From Minisyncoccota bacterium (GTDB taxonomy: Bacteria > Patescibacteriota > Microgenomatia > PFEM01 > JAFGMK01): a DNA stretch of 64,000 nt. A program made the position numbers and the translations under genes. The stretch is from positions 8,796 to 72,795 of the forward strand of contig JAFGMK010000013.1 of assembly GCA_016927565.1 (NCBI GenBank), in the 5' to 3' direction. The notes under the pieces are model-generated. The model saw only the letters and a program-made list of their open reading frames with translations, was not told the origin of the DNA and ran no database searches. Positions 26,751 through 35,575 of the stretch are shown here, one piece after another (the first letter of the stretch is position 1; the number at the start of each line of letters is the position of its first letter).

Positions 26751-28427
26751 TTAAATAATTGGGATTTGGCGGTCGTAAACGGGATACTTCAGACTGTTTC
26801 CCAAATCAAGCTCTTCCCAAAGATCTAAAAAAATTGTTAGGCGCAATAGAGCTTGGGCTAATCTTTGCCTTGATAAACCTCCGTAAGTGATTCTGGTCCA
26901 AAATTTATTAGAGGGATTTTTTAAACCAAAGCATTGACTACTCATCGCCACAACGCCGGTGGTTAAAAAGAGTTTTAAGATTTTATCAAGGCCGTTGTTG
27001 GGGCTCGGGCTTTGCCAGCCGGCAAGGGTGTTAAAAGCAGCTTGGTCAGGAGATCGCCAGGATTGGCGTTGGTTTAGCTCTTCCAGGACAATTTCGATTA
27101 AAGCGAGATTATCCTGATAGTATTGCTGACTTTGCTGGCGCCAGTTTTGCCGGTCTTGATAAAAATTAGCCAATTGATCAGCTTGGTAGCTTGACAGCCA
27201 GGGGCTTCCGGTTAAGCTTTCAAGAGCGGCCTTTGTTTGGCCAAGGGCTTGCGCGTTTCCAGTTTTTAAAAATCCATAGTCAGTTTGAGTTTGGACTGAT
27301 CTGGCTAAGGCTTCAAACTGAAGATAAGGTTCGATAGTTAAGGGAGGGTTGCTTAGGCGAGAGATGCTGGCATAGTTAATTAATCTTTCCAGGGGTCTGT
27401 TTTTGGTGGCTAAAAGACCAATTCGAGGTCCGGCTAAGTTAGCGGATTTTGAAAAGCCATCAATAATTACAATTTGATCAAGAGCGCCTTCTTCGGCGGC
27501 AATCCTTAGTGGGTTGGGAGAGTTGTCTTGGTTGAGCCAAAGCTGATCGAAAAGAAGGTCCAGACAGATAATAATTCCTCTTTGTTTGGCTAGTTTGATG
27601 ATTTGCCTAAAATCCTCGTCCGGGTAGGTTTCGCCATTGGGGTTATTGGGGAGAGTGATTACTAGGGCTTTGGTGTCTTGAGGAAGTTTTCTGATCAGTT
27701 CGCTGGGAGTGGGGAAAAACTGACAGGTTCTGTTTTGATCTTTTTCTGAGATAAGACGACTAATCGGGAGGCCTTTGTCTTGGGCAGAAAGAGCCAAAAC
27801 ATAATAACTGGGACCCAAAAGAACAACTCGGTTTTGGGAGGGCGACTCTTGGCTTGTTTGTCGGGCAAGGGTTTCGTAAAAAAGATCGATAGCATAGGTT
27901 GAGGATGGGGTTAAATAAACATCTTGGGGCAGATAATCGGGGCTGTCAAGCCGAGGGCCAATTTTGGTGTTTAAAAGAACAGCTCCTGCCCAACGGCTAG
28001 CTTCTCGACCGCCAGGTGAGTCATAGTTAATCATTAAATCTGGTTGGTCGAGGCCGTCTTTTAGGAGCTTGGTAGCGCCTGACCAGGGAGTAAGACAGCC
28101 AACGCCGGAACCGAGCTCGGCCGGTTGAGACCAGTTAGTTTTAAATGCTTGATTTAGATAGGGAAGGAGGCGGGGACCATAAACAGTTTTGGCTTGAATT
28201 ACAGTGGCAAAATAAGTCCCAAAGCCAGAATCTACCCAAGGAGATCGGTTAATGGCTTGGCAGATTTGGTCAAAATAATCGCTAAATTTAGGAGAAGTCA
28301 GCATTGTTTTCATTGCTTCGAGAGTGCTTTGGTATGTTTCTTGGCTGAATTGGGTTAAAAGCCAGTCGAGGTCCACCCCGGCCTGGTTTTCGGCAGTGAC
28401 TTGGTTGAGAGTCAATAACTCAATCAT
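26751..28427 (-). CDS. PLP-dependent aminotransferase-like protein (fold type I), divergent, 558 aa
   Basis: PLP-lysine block IIDGFSKSANLAGPRIGLL with large N- and C-terminal extensions. Confidence 0.6.
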   Translation of the reverse strand: MIELLTLNQVTAENQAGVDLDWLLTQFSQETYQSTLEAMKTMLTSPKFSDYFDQICQAINRSPWVDSGFGTYFATVIQAKTVYGPRLLPYLNQAFKTNWSQPAELGSGVGCLTPWSGATKLLKDGLDQPDLMINYDSPGGREASRWAGAVLLNTKIGPRLDSPDYLPQDVYLTPSSTYAIDLFYETLARQTSQESPSQNRVVLLGPSYYVLALSAQDKGLPISRLISEKDQNRTCQFFPTPSELIRKLPQDTKALVITLPNNPNGETYPDEDFRQIIKLAKQRGIIICLDLLFDQLWLNQDNSPNPLRIAAEEGALDQIVIIDGFSKSANLAGPRIGLLATKNRPLERLINYASISRLSNPPLTIEPYLQFEALARSVQTQTDYGFLKTGNAQALGQTKAALESLTGSPWLSSYQADQLANFYQDRQNWRQQSQQYYQDNLALIEIVLEELNQRQSWRSPDQAAFNTLAGWQSPSPNNGLDKILKLFLTTGVVAMSSQCFGLKNPSNKFWTRITYGGLSRQRLAQALLRLTIFLDLWEELDLGNSLKYPVYDRQIPII

Positions 28428-29524
28428 GCCGCCCTCTCTTTAAAATTACTGGTTATAAAATCGACGAACCCCTTAAAAAGTTCTTTGTTGCTGGGGGGGA
28501 GGGGGACGCTCTGAGCGATGGTAGCTAGATACTGACTGGCCAGGTCCTCCAGTTCAATTGGAATATTTTCTGCTCCAAGATCGCGAACAAAAACTTCTTG
28601 GGCAAGTTGAAGTCTTCCGATTCGTGAGGCAAGTTTAACAAGGCGTCTGTTAAAGCCGGTTAAAACCTCTCTTTCGTTTCTAAGCTCCCGGACTTCGGGA
28701 CTGATTAATTTGGCAGCGATTTCAAGATAGGGATCTTCGTATTGAATGGACCACCAGCTGACAAAGAATCCGGGTTTTTTTAAAGTTTTGGTTTGTCTTT
28801 TTCCGGTAATTATTGGTCCAACTCTTTTGGTTAAATAGATGGGAAGGCAGGTGTTTGACAGTTGCTCTGCTTGTGAGAGCTCAGTCTCTGATTGCCAGGC
28901 TCCGGGATTTTTAAAAAAGATTTGACTGGTTTCCGAGGGGTAGGTGCAAAAAAGGGTTTTTAGTTCTGGCTTGATTCTTAAAAAATCTAAAAATTCTGGA
29001 TAAAGGAACTGATCTGGTTTTTCTGCTACTGTTGGCATGGTGTTTTGATCTTGGTTTCTAAAAAGAACTCCGGCGGAAAATCCAGCTAAAAAGACTTGTT
29101 GGGCCAGAACTGCTGGAGAGGAGGATAATTTGATTAAAGAGCCGACTGTATCTTGGGGTAAGTATCTTTTTCCTTCAGGGGTGGTTTGTTCCTGGGGAAA
29201 AAGAGTTTCTAGATAAATTAGGGTGGAAACAGCCTCAATAGCCTTAATGATAGCTGGGTCATAACCTTGTTGGTCAATCGTTTGGCCTAGTCCGTAACTT
29301 TTTTCAAAAAGCTGTTGGACATCATCGCTTCGGCTGGTGCCAATGGCAGCTAGGGCTTTCTTGACGGCTTGGAGTTTTTCGGCAGGTTGACCGTCGAAGC
29401 TGGGGTCGCGACTTAATGCCAATCGGTAAAGATCGCTTCTTTTTAAACCAAGCTTCGGATTAAAAATAGGTGGTTCATCTGGAACTTGGATTGTCCTGTT
29501 TAGAAGTTGCTCTTCTAGTGGCAA
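28424..29524 (-). CDS. hypothetical protein, first gene of the operon with the two PLP enzymes
   Basis: 366-aa ORF with no recognised motif. It overlaps the next gene by 4 bp, suggesting translational coupling. Confidence 0.5.
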   Translation of the reverse strand: MPLEEQLLNRTIQVPDEPPIFNPKLGLKRSDLYRLALSRDPSFDGQPAEKLQAVKKALAAIGTSRSDDVQQLFEKSYGLGQTIDQQGYDPAIIKAIEAVSTLIYLETLFPQEQTTPEGKRYLPQDTVGSLIKLSSSPAVLAQQVFLAGFSAGVLFRNQDQNTMPTVAEKPDQFLYPEFLDFLRIKPELKTLFCTYPSETSQIFFKNPGAWQSETELSQAEQLSNTCLPIYLTKRVGPIITGKRQTKTLKKPGFFVSWWSIQYEDPYLEIAAKLISPEVRELRNEREVLTGFNRRLVKLASRIGRLQLAQEVFVRDLGAENIPIELEDLASQYLATIAQSVPLPPSNKELFKGFVDFITSNFKERAA

Positions 29525-29603
29525 GCCAGTGAACTCCCTCCATTCTGGGTATTATGGTTGTTTTTTCCCGCGTGGTCATGTTGATTCCTTTCTTTAAAAT
29601 TAA

Positions 29604-29690
29604 ACCACCCCGCCGGTGGCGGGGATCGTCTTTAATAAATTAAACTGATAAAAAAATATCAGCTACACCCGCCGGAAAGCGGGGAGTGGT
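29604..29690. repeat. pair of related GC hairpins (ccccgccggtggcgggg and cccgccggaaagcgggg) flanking an AT palindrome ctgataaaaaaatatcag
   Basis: Seen directly in the 450-bp spacer between the YerC-like gene and the PLP-enzyme operon. Confidence 0.45.
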
Positions 29691-29982
29691 GAGCTTGATT
29701 ATTTCTGACTTGTTTTGTCTGGCCCATGGTCAACCTCTTTATTGCTGTATATTACTATGGTAGCATGATGTAATCATTATAACATAATTGTCAAATTTTT
29801 GGGCGGGAAAGGGCTGTTGAATAAAAATTCACTCACCGTTACCCTGAGCCAAGCTAAGGATCCTTTTCGGCGGAGACTCTCCCGTTTACAGCTGGCAGAA
29901 AACAGGGTGTCGTATGCAGACATTTTAAAAATATCGATGTTTTTGGGTGCCTTGCGGGAGTGGTTAGACACGATTGGTCTTA

Positions 29983-30276
29983 TTATTTTTTCTGAAGCCT
30001 TTTTAAAACTAGCCGGTAACCGCCGAGGCCATGGTTAAGCCAATGGGCGACTCGGGTAACAGTCGTTGTGGAAACCCGGCATTTTCGGGCGATTTGCAAG
30101 TAAGAGTGTTTTTTTTCGAAAAGTAATTTGGCGATTTGAAAACGAATGGTGAGGTCGTTAATTTCTTTCAAAGTCAGAAGATCGCGGAAAAAATCGGCGG
30201 CTTCTTTTTGGTTCTTAAGTTTTAAAATTGCCAGTAATAATTCGTTGGTTGATTTTTTTGTTTTTTCAGAGGCCAT
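29983..30276 (-). CDS. TrpR-like transcriptional regulator, YerC/YecD family
   Basis: 97 aa with FFRDLLTLKEINDLTIRFQIAKLL...YLQIARKCRVSTTTVTRVAHWL...GGYRLVL, the canonical YerC/YecD pattern. Confidence 0.75.
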   Translation of the reverse strand: MASEKTKKSTNELLLAILKLKNQKEAADFFRDLLTLKEINDLTIRFQIAKLLFEKKHSYLQIARKCRVSTTTVTRVAHWLNHGLGGYRLVLKRLQKK

Positions 30277-30361
30277 CTTTTAAACTTTAAATTGATTTAA
30301 TTGAAACTAACACGGATTTTGGCTGACTGTCAACTTGGAGGGGATGGCTTCCTTTTAATAT

Positions 30362-30395
30362 TCTTGATATCATGATTCATATCATGGTATCAAGA
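30362..30395. promoter_or_regulatory. 34-bp near-palindrome TCTTGATATCATGAT-TCAT-ATCATGGTATCAAGA upstream of the YerC-like gene; candidate operator
   Basis: 15-bp inverted arms with one mismatch and a 4-bp spacer. It matches the site at 51306-51339 at 31 of 34 positions. Confidence 0.6.
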
Positions 30396-30451
30396 GAAGG
30401 GGTTTGATAAAAAAAAGAGTTAGAGGGTTTTGAAGTTAGAAGGTTATTGGC

Positions 30452-31162
30452 TTAATTTTCTGTTTCGGTTTCTTTTCCAGCTTCCTCGGATTCCGGAATG
30501 GGAGAAGGAAGGGTGACAATCCGGATAGTTTTGGCTGAAATCTGGTTTTTTTCTTCAGACAGACCGATAATAATTAAAAGACTATCTTCAGCCAATGACT
30601 CCGGCTCCAGCTCCTGAATCTCGCCGGCATCATTCTGATTAATTATGGTTTTGGGAGTGAGGATGACTTGCCAAGACTGGCTGTTTCTGAGGGGTTCGAG
30701 GTCAAACTGAGTTCTTTCAAGATTTTTTATTCGCCCCATAACGGCAATACGGTTATCCTGTTTGGGTTGGGAAATAACAACCACCCGGTTGGTTTCCAGC
30801 TGGTCGGCAGACTGGGAATAGCCCATGGTGATCAGATAATTGTCAATTTCTAAATCCTCGAATTTAATTTTCTGTCTGTTAGCGCCGATCAGAATCGTTT
30901 CTTGATCTATTTTAGCGGTTTTTTTACCCTGATCTGTTTCTAAAACAATGGTCTGATTGAAAAGATCGCTTACCTGACCGAAAAAGCCTCTTTTTTGTTT
31001 TTGGCTGATTTCGGTTTTTTCCTCGATTTTTTCCTCGACTTTTTTTCTGATAGATTCAATTAATTCGGCTTCTCCGCTGGAAGTTTGAGCTAAAGGCAGA
31101 GGAGGAAAGGTTAAGAATAAGAAAAAAATCAATAGGGTCGTTATTTTTGTTTTTTTCTTCAT
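30452..31162 (-). CDS. secreted hypothetical protein (signal peptide)
   Basis: N-terminus MKKKTKITTLLIFFLFLTFPPLPLAQTSS. Confidence 0.5.
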   Translation of the reverse strand: MKKKTKITTLLIFFLFLTFPPLPLAQTSSGEAELIESIRKKVEEKIEEKTEISQKQKRGFFGQVSDLFNQTIVLETDQGKKTAKIDQETILIGANRQKIKFEDLEIDNYLITMGYSQSADQLETNRVVVISQPKQDNRIAVMGRIKNLERTQFDLEPLRNSQSWQVILTPKTIINQNDAGEIQELEPESLAEDSLLIIIGLSEEKNQISAKTIRIVTLPSPIPESEEAGKETETEN

Positions 31163-31593
31163 ATTTCCGCTGTGGAATAAATTAAATTAAGAGTTTTTTC
31201 GTCTTCCCGGCCATCGGGGCTGAAGGCTTTTATCGTGATTCGGTTAGCTCCTCCAATGAGGTCGATAGTAATTTCAAAATCGCCGGTTTCGTCTGCTTCC
31301 AAAATACTTTCACCCTCTTCAAACAAGACTACCACTGTTGTTCCCGGCTCAGTGCTGCCGGTTATTTTAATTTTTTCTTGATCACTAATGAAATAATTTT
31401 CGGGCGCCAGAACTTGAAGAAGCGAGGCGGGTGATATCGGAGTGGGAGTAGCCTCAATTGGGCTAGGCAAACTTTCTGAGGGGGTCGGGGCCGGTTTTTC
31501 CTGGATGGCCTTATTAGCGGTCCAAATGCTGAAAGTGATTACCAAGCCTAAAATAAAGCCTAAAGCAATGGCAACAACGACTTCTTTCCTCAT
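31159..31593 (-). CDS. membrane-anchored hypothetical protein with a Pro/Thr-rich linker
   Basis: N-terminal TM, and a 4-bp overlap with the downstream gene. Confidence 0.5.
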   Translation of the reverse strand: MRKEVVVAIALGFILGLVITFSIWTANKAIQEKPAPTPSESLPSPIEATPTPISPASLLQVLAPENYFISDQEKIKITGSTEPGTTVVVLFEEGESILEADETGDFEITIDLIGGANRITIKAFSPDGREDEKTLNLIYSTAEI

Positions 31594-31867
31594 AGTTCAT
31601 GAGCGGCAGGTAACGCTTTTTCTAAAGATCTTTAATTTAAAAGATTTTCCCGTACTATAGCTAAAAAACTACCGGCTGTCAAGCTGGCCGGCCGGTGGCA
31701 ATCATTCAGTCTTTTTTAAAAAAACCGTTACTCTCTCCGGCATATTTGCAGATTCTGCCTCCGGAGTGAAATGATTTTCCGGAAGCGGGAGCAATTACGG
31801 CGAATCAGCGGGTTGCCTTATATGGTAGTATTTATTATACTCAAAAAAGAAAGCGAGGAAGTAACTT

Positions 31868-32521
31868 ATGGAAATTATTAGTCTCGGCCATTCTGCCTTC
31901 AGGATAAAAACCAAAACGACCACCCTGGTGACCGATCCTTATGACTCTTCGATTGGCCTTAAGATGCCAAAAGTTGCGGCTGATATTGTGACTGTTTCCC
32001 ACCAGCATCATGATCATAATCAGGTTGATGCTGTTTCCGGAACATCTCAACACCCCCGGCCTTTTATTATTGCCGGACCAGGAGAATATGAGATTAATCA
32101 GGTTTTTATTTTGGGTTTGCCCACTTTTCACGACTCTCAAAAAGGGGAGAAGAGAGGGAAAAATACAATCTATTTAATTATGGCAGATGGCCTAAAGCTT
32201 TGTCATTTGGGCGATTTGGGCCACAAGCTTTCTGATAAACAGGTTGAGCAGGTCAACCAGGTTGATGTTCTGTTTATTCCTGTCGGCGGGACTTATACTC
32301 TGACTTTAGAAAAAATCGGAGAAGTGATTAATCATATCGATCCAAAGATTGTGGTGCCGATGCATTATCAGCAACCGGGATTAAATTTGGATCTTTTGCC
32401 GGTTGATAAATTTCTGGCCGAGTTGGGGATTGAGAAACAACCGCCAGTTGACAAATTGATTGTTAAGCCGGAAAGCTTGCCTGAAGAAAGAAAAATAGTT
32501 GTTTTAAAACAGAAAGCTTAA
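31868..32521 (+). CDS. MBL-fold metallo-hydrolase
   Basis: HQHHDHN (HxHxDH) motif. Confidence 0.75.
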   Translation: MEIISLGHSAFRIKTKTTTLVTDPYDSSIGLKMPKVAADIVTVSHQHHDHNQVDAVSGTSQHPRPFIIAGPGEYEINQVFILGLPTFHDSQKGEKRGKNTIYLIMADGLKLCHLGDLGHKLSDKQVEQVNQVDVLFIPVGGTYTLTLEKIGEVINHIDPKIVVPMHYQQPGLNLDLLPVDKFLAELGIEKQPPVDKLIVKPESLPEERKIVVLKQKA

Positions 32522-32528
32522 AAAATCC

Positions 32529-33842
32529 TTGGCTGATCTTAAAATTCCTCCCCATAGCCAAGAAGCAGAAAGATCGGTTCTTGGCGCTATCCTGATTGAA
32601 AAAGAGGCTATTGTTAATGTGGCTGAATTTTTACGGCCGGAGCATTTTTACCAAGAGGCCCATCAGATTATTTTCGAAGCGGCTCTGGCTCTTTATGAAG
32701 ATCGGAAGCCAATTGATATTGTTACTTTAAGCGAAAGACTTAAAAGGAAGAAAAGTCTTACCAAATCCGGCGGCCGCTCTTTTTTGGCCGGGCTGGCTGA
32801 GGCGGTTCCAACGGCGGCCAATGTTGAAAGCTACGGAAAGATCGTTAAAGATAATTATGTTAAAAGGGAATTGATCCGGGCGGCTGGGGTTATTGCTCAG
32901 GAAGCCTTTAATGATTCGGCTGAAGCTGACGAAGCTCTGGATACCGCGGAACAAGTGATTTTTTCGCTTTCTCAGAGACATATGAAACAGGCCTTTGTTT
33001 CGGTTAAAGAAACTTTGGCTGATTCCTTTGACCGGTTGGATGAGCTTCATAAAAAAGCCGGTGGTTTGAGAGGTCTCCCGACAGGCTTCCGAGATTTAGA
33101 TGATACCCTGGCCGGACTCCAGCCTTCCAACTTGATTATTCTGGCAGCCAGGCCGGGGATGGGGAAAACAGCTTTAATTTTGAATATTGCCCAACATCTT
33201 ACCGTTAATGAAAAAATTCCTGTCGGTTTTTTCTCTTTGGAAATGAGCCGCGAGGAGTTGGTTGACCGCTTGTTGATTGCTCAAGCCGATATTGACGCCT
33301 GGCGCTTAAAAACCGGCCAGCTCGAGGAAGAAGATTTTGCGAAACTTTCGGAAGCAATGGGAGTTTTGGCTGAAAGCCCTCTCTTTGTGGACGATACTCC
33401 TGCCTTGTCAATTTTGCAGATGAGAACTAAGGCCAGGCGACTGATCGCTGAACATAATGCCCAGCTTTTAATGGTTGATTATCTTCAGTTGGCGCGGAGT
33501 CGATCGTTGGAGAATCGGGTTCAGGAAGTTTCGGAAATTTCTCAGGGTTTGAAAAACTTAGCGCGGGAATTAAAGATTCCGGTTTTGGCTTGTTCCCAGC
33601 TTTCCCGGGCTGTAGAACAACGGGGGACTAAAAGACCGCAGCTAGCCGACTTGAGGGAATCGGGAGCGATTGAGCAGGATGCGGATGTGGTGATGTTTCT
33701 TTGGCGGCCCGATGAAGAGATCATTGAAAACATGATGTTGAATATTGCCAAACACAGAAATGGTCCTTTGAGGGAAATTCCGCTTTTCTGGAAAGGCAAT
33801 CGGATCCGTTTTTATTCAGTTGATAAAAAAAGAGAGAAGTAG
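32529..33842 (+). CDS. dnaB: replicative DNA helicase DnaB
   Basis: DnaB N-terminal domain (EAERSVLGAIL), Walker A GMGKTALILNIA, Walker B and an arginine finger. No intein. Confidence 0.9.
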   Translation: MADLKIPPHSQEAERSVLGAILIEKEAIVNVAEFLRPEHFYQEAHQIIFEAALALYEDRKPIDIVTLSERLKRKKSLTKSGGRSFLAGLAEAVPTAANVESYGKIVKDNYVKRELIRAAGVIAQEAFNDSAEADEALDTAEQVIFSLSQRHMKQAFVSVKETLADSFDRLDELHKKAGGLRGLPTGFRDLDDTLAGLQPSNLIILAARPGMGKTALILNIAQHLTVNEKIPVGFFSLEMSREELVDRLLIAQADIDAWRLKTGQLEEEDFAKLSEAMGVLAESPLFVDDTPALSILQMRTKARRLIAEHNAQLLMVDYLQLARSRSLENRVQEVSEISQGLKNLARELKIPVLACSQLSRAVEQRGTKRPQLADLRESGAIEQDADVVMFLWRPDEEIIENMMLNIAKHRNGPLREIPLFWKGNRIRFYSVDKKREK

Positions 33843-33899
33843 TTCAAAAAGGCTGTTTTTCGTCTTCGTGGTAAAATATATTTGTGTTTTTTAAAATTT

Positions 33900-33984
33900 G
33901 CCGAGATGCTGGAATTGGTAGACAGGCTAGTCTCAAAAACTAGTGATCTTAACGATCGTGCGGGTTCGATTCCCGCTCTCGGCA
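33900..33984 (+). tRNA. tRNA-Leu (anticodon CAA) with long variable arm
   Basis: Acceptor GCCGAGA/TCTCGGC, D-arm ...AATTGGTAGAC..., anticodon stem CTAGT/ACTAG with loop CUCAAAA, long variable arm, and T-arm GCGGGTTCGATTCCCGC. Confidence 0.85.
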
Positions 33985-34416
33985 CAGAGGAGAGAAATCA
34001 GTTTAATCTGGACAGCAGATTGACAAACTGGAGAACCAAAGATGAATCGTGAAAGAATAGGGTCGGTCTGTGGCCGGATTGGCCGAGCGGTTGCTGATTT
34101 ATCAACCGGCAGCGGCCGGCGGCAAATAGCGGCTGAAATAGGGACCGGAATTTTAAGCCATTCACCGCTGGGTTGTGGTTATGTCAGTCTTAAAAATCTG
34201 GCAACCGGGGGAAGAATTACTGCTCAGTATCACGATCATGGGCCCTATTTTGACGGTTATATTATGCTGGGGATGATGATAGTGCCTTATATCAGATCAA
34301 TTCATGGGCCGGTGATAAAATTTAAAAGACAGGGAGACCCGGTATATTTCGGGCGACCCCATCGGCATGGAGGAAATTCGCAAAACGGACCTTATGAATT
34401 TGATCTATGAGAAGGA

Positions 34417-35007
34417 TTGACAATGATTCCTGTAACTCAACTTAGAGCCGGGGCCGTTTTTGAAAAAGACGGCCAGCTGTGGCAAGTAATTAAATATGAA
34501 CACCAGAAAATCGGCCGCGGGAGCGCAAATATTAAACTCCGGGTTAAAAACATTAGAACCGGAGCTGTCAGCGATTTGACCTTTATTTCCGGATCCAAGG
34601 TGGAACCGGTAGATTTAATCCGGAAACAGGCCCAATTTCTTTATCGGGAGGATGATTTTTTTAATTTTATGGATCCGAAAACTTATGAACAAACCCAGCT
34701 GGAAAAAAGTTTTTTAGGCGATCAGGGAATGTTTCTTAAGGAAGGAGAAGTTTACGGATTGACTTTCTGGGAGGATAAACCCCTTGCGGTTGAGTTGCCG
34801 GTTTCTCTGGTGCTTGAGATCAAAAAGACCGGTCCGGGAGTAAAAGGCGATTCGGCTACTAACATTTTTAAAGAAGCGGTTTGTGAAAACGATTTAGTGG
34901 TTAAAGTACCTCTCTTTATCAAAGAGGGCGATCGGGTGAAGGTTGATACCCGGACAGGGGAGTATGTTGAAAGAGTTAAGGCAAAATCCCCGGCGGTAAA
35001 AAACTAA
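34417..35007 (+). CDS. efp: elongation factor P
   Basis: MIPVTQLRAGAVFEKDGQLWQVIKYEHQKIGRGSANIKLRVKN... is canonical EF-P. The true start is probably the ATG at 34423. Confidence 0.9.
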   Translation: MTMIPVTQLRAGAVFEKDGQLWQVIKYEHQKIGRGSANIKLRVKNIRTGAVSDLTFISGSKVEPVDLIRKQAQFLYREDDFFNFMDPKTYEQTQLEKSFLGDQGMFLKEGEVYGLTFWEDKPLAVELPVSLVLEIKKTGPGVKGDSATNIFKEAVCENDLVVKVPLFIKEGDRVKVDTRTGEYVERVKAKSPAVKN

Positions 35008-35501
35008 AGCCAAAGAAGAACGAGGACAAGGATAGTTATTTGAGGAAGCAGTCCGGGGAGGAGATGCTGGCTTTTCTGATGGCTAATGTTACTGTGAAAA
35101 TAATTAAGCCGGGGAAAAAGCTGCCAGCCGAAAAAGATTGCCGGGCCTTCCAAAAGATCGGGTAGAAGGCTGCAGCCAACTCCCAGCCAGAGGTTGGAAG
35201 AAAAGGGTTTGTTTCGCTGGAAAAAGACAAAAACTAAAAAAAGGCTCAGCATTCCGTCAAGGCTGGCTAAAATAAAGTTTTCCAATTTGCTTCTTTTATT
35301 AAAGCTGGTTCCCAAATCCCAGTGAGGAATATAATCCATTAAAAAATGGAAAATGAAAGCAAAGGGAAAGGAGAAAAGAGGGTTTTTTATTTTGGTAACG
35401 ATGGTGGCGCCCGCAAGGGCATGGGTAACCAAAAGCATTGTCTTGGAAGTATAAAAAAAGCAAGCGGATAAATCAATCCTGACTTGATAGTCCTCCGCCA
35501 T
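35004..35501 (-). CDS. small polytopic membrane protein, possibly a YdjM/DUF457-like metal-dependent membrane hydrolase
   Basis: LLVTHALAGA and HFLMDYIPHWD histidine-containing TM segments. Confidence 0.4.
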   Translation of the reverse strand: MAEDYQVRIDLSACFFYTSKTMLLVTHALAGATIVTKIKNPLFSFPFAFIFHFLMDYIPHWDLGTSFNKRSKLENFILASLDGMLSLFLVFVFFQRNKPFSSNLWLGVGCSLLPDLLEGPAIFFGWQLFPRLNYFHSNISHQKSQHLLPGLLPQITILVLVLLWL

Positions 35502-35575
35502 TGGGGTATCATTGTTTTCGTAAACGGCTTAATTCCGGATCAAAGATATCTGATAATTCGCGATTTGAAAGATAA

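Noticed and set aside
34042-34410. 122-aa ORF between tRNA-Leu and efp.
   Set aside because: It is Gly/Arg-rich and of low complexity with no motif, in an unusually GC-rich spacer. It more likely reflects chance translation of non-coding DNA, and I kept it only as a low-interest finding.
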